Shown piece after piece: positions 63,490-64,000 of a DNA stretch of 64,000 nucleotides (position 1 is its first letter; each line of letters starts with the position of its first letter). The stretch is taken from the NCBI RefSeq assembly GCF_004010195.1, contig NC_057719.1:4557464-4621463 (forward strand), given 5' to 3'. This DNA comes from Chiloscyllium plagiosum (Eukaryota). The translations under genes were made by a program, and so were the position numbers. The notes below the pieces were generated by a model that searched no databases, was not told the origin of the DNA, and saw only the letters and a program-made list of their open reading frames with translations.

Positions 63490-63880
63490 GTGAGCCATGA
63501 ACACAACTTAGTCCATTTCGCAAACCAGTCTTCCATCCTATGGCCTCATCTATACTACCTGCGGTCTTGGGAAAGCAAACAACATAATCAAAGACCCCTC
63601 TCACCCTGGTTATATTTTCTTCCACTCTCTTCCGTCAGGCAGAAGATATAATAGTTTGAATACATGTACGAATAGATTCAAGAACAGCTTCTTCTCCACT
63701 ATTTTCAGATTTTTGAATGGACCTCTCAAATGTTAATTCTGATCTCTCTCTGCATCTTCTCTGTGGGTGTAACACTGTATTCCGCACTCTGTTCTGCTAT
63801 CCTGATGCCTGTCCAGCCCGCAAAGTAACACTTTTCACTTTATCTCAGTACAAGTAATAACAATAAATCAATCAATCAAG
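63490..63880 (+). mobile_element. Rex1/Babar-like LINE 3' end
   Basis: IIKDPSHPGY..F..LPSGRRY....NRFKNSFF; tail aataaatcaatcaatcaa. Confidence 0.75.
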
Positions 63881-63892
63881 ATCTCACTTGTA

Positions 63893-64000
63893 GATTAGAT
63901 TAGATTCACTACAGTGTGGAAACAAGCCCTTCTGCCCAACAAGTCCATACCCATTGAGTAAGCCACCCAGACCCATTCCCCTACATTCACCCCTGACGAA
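63893..64000 (-). mobile_element. HE1-type SINE 3' part (runs off window)
   Basis: (tagat)n tail plus acagtgtggaaacaagccc. Confidence 0.85.

Overview
Eukaryotic, repeat-dominated window from a cartilaginous fish. HE1-type tRNA SINEs with CR1 LINEs point to an elasmobranch (shark/ray); this is inference from the repeat families. It is a draft assembly with N gaps at 851-858, 2200-2248 and 28202-28666. One host gene is visible on the + strand: eight in-frame GT-AG coding exons (10426-53539) encoding an RI-like leucine-rich-repeat protein most similar to LRRC74A, with a 27-kb intron; its first and last exons were not found here. Nearly everything else is transposon-derived: many CR1 LINEs (one nearly full length with an esterase-type ORF1), RTE, Rex1, L2 and Tx1 fragments, a Gypsy provirus, a decayed Gmr1-type LTR element (PR-INT-RT order), SINEs and at least three Penelope-like (PLE) families. 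The most notable signal is the PLE terminal repeats. They carry minimal hammerhead ribozyme cores with family-specific palindromic helix III (ACGU, AGCU, AACGUU) and occur repeatedly as tiny, often self-inverted insertions flanked by 11-17 bp target-site duplications (TSDs). An unclassified repeat family with a conserved stem-loop array is also present. Family assignments come from recalled motifs, not database searches.
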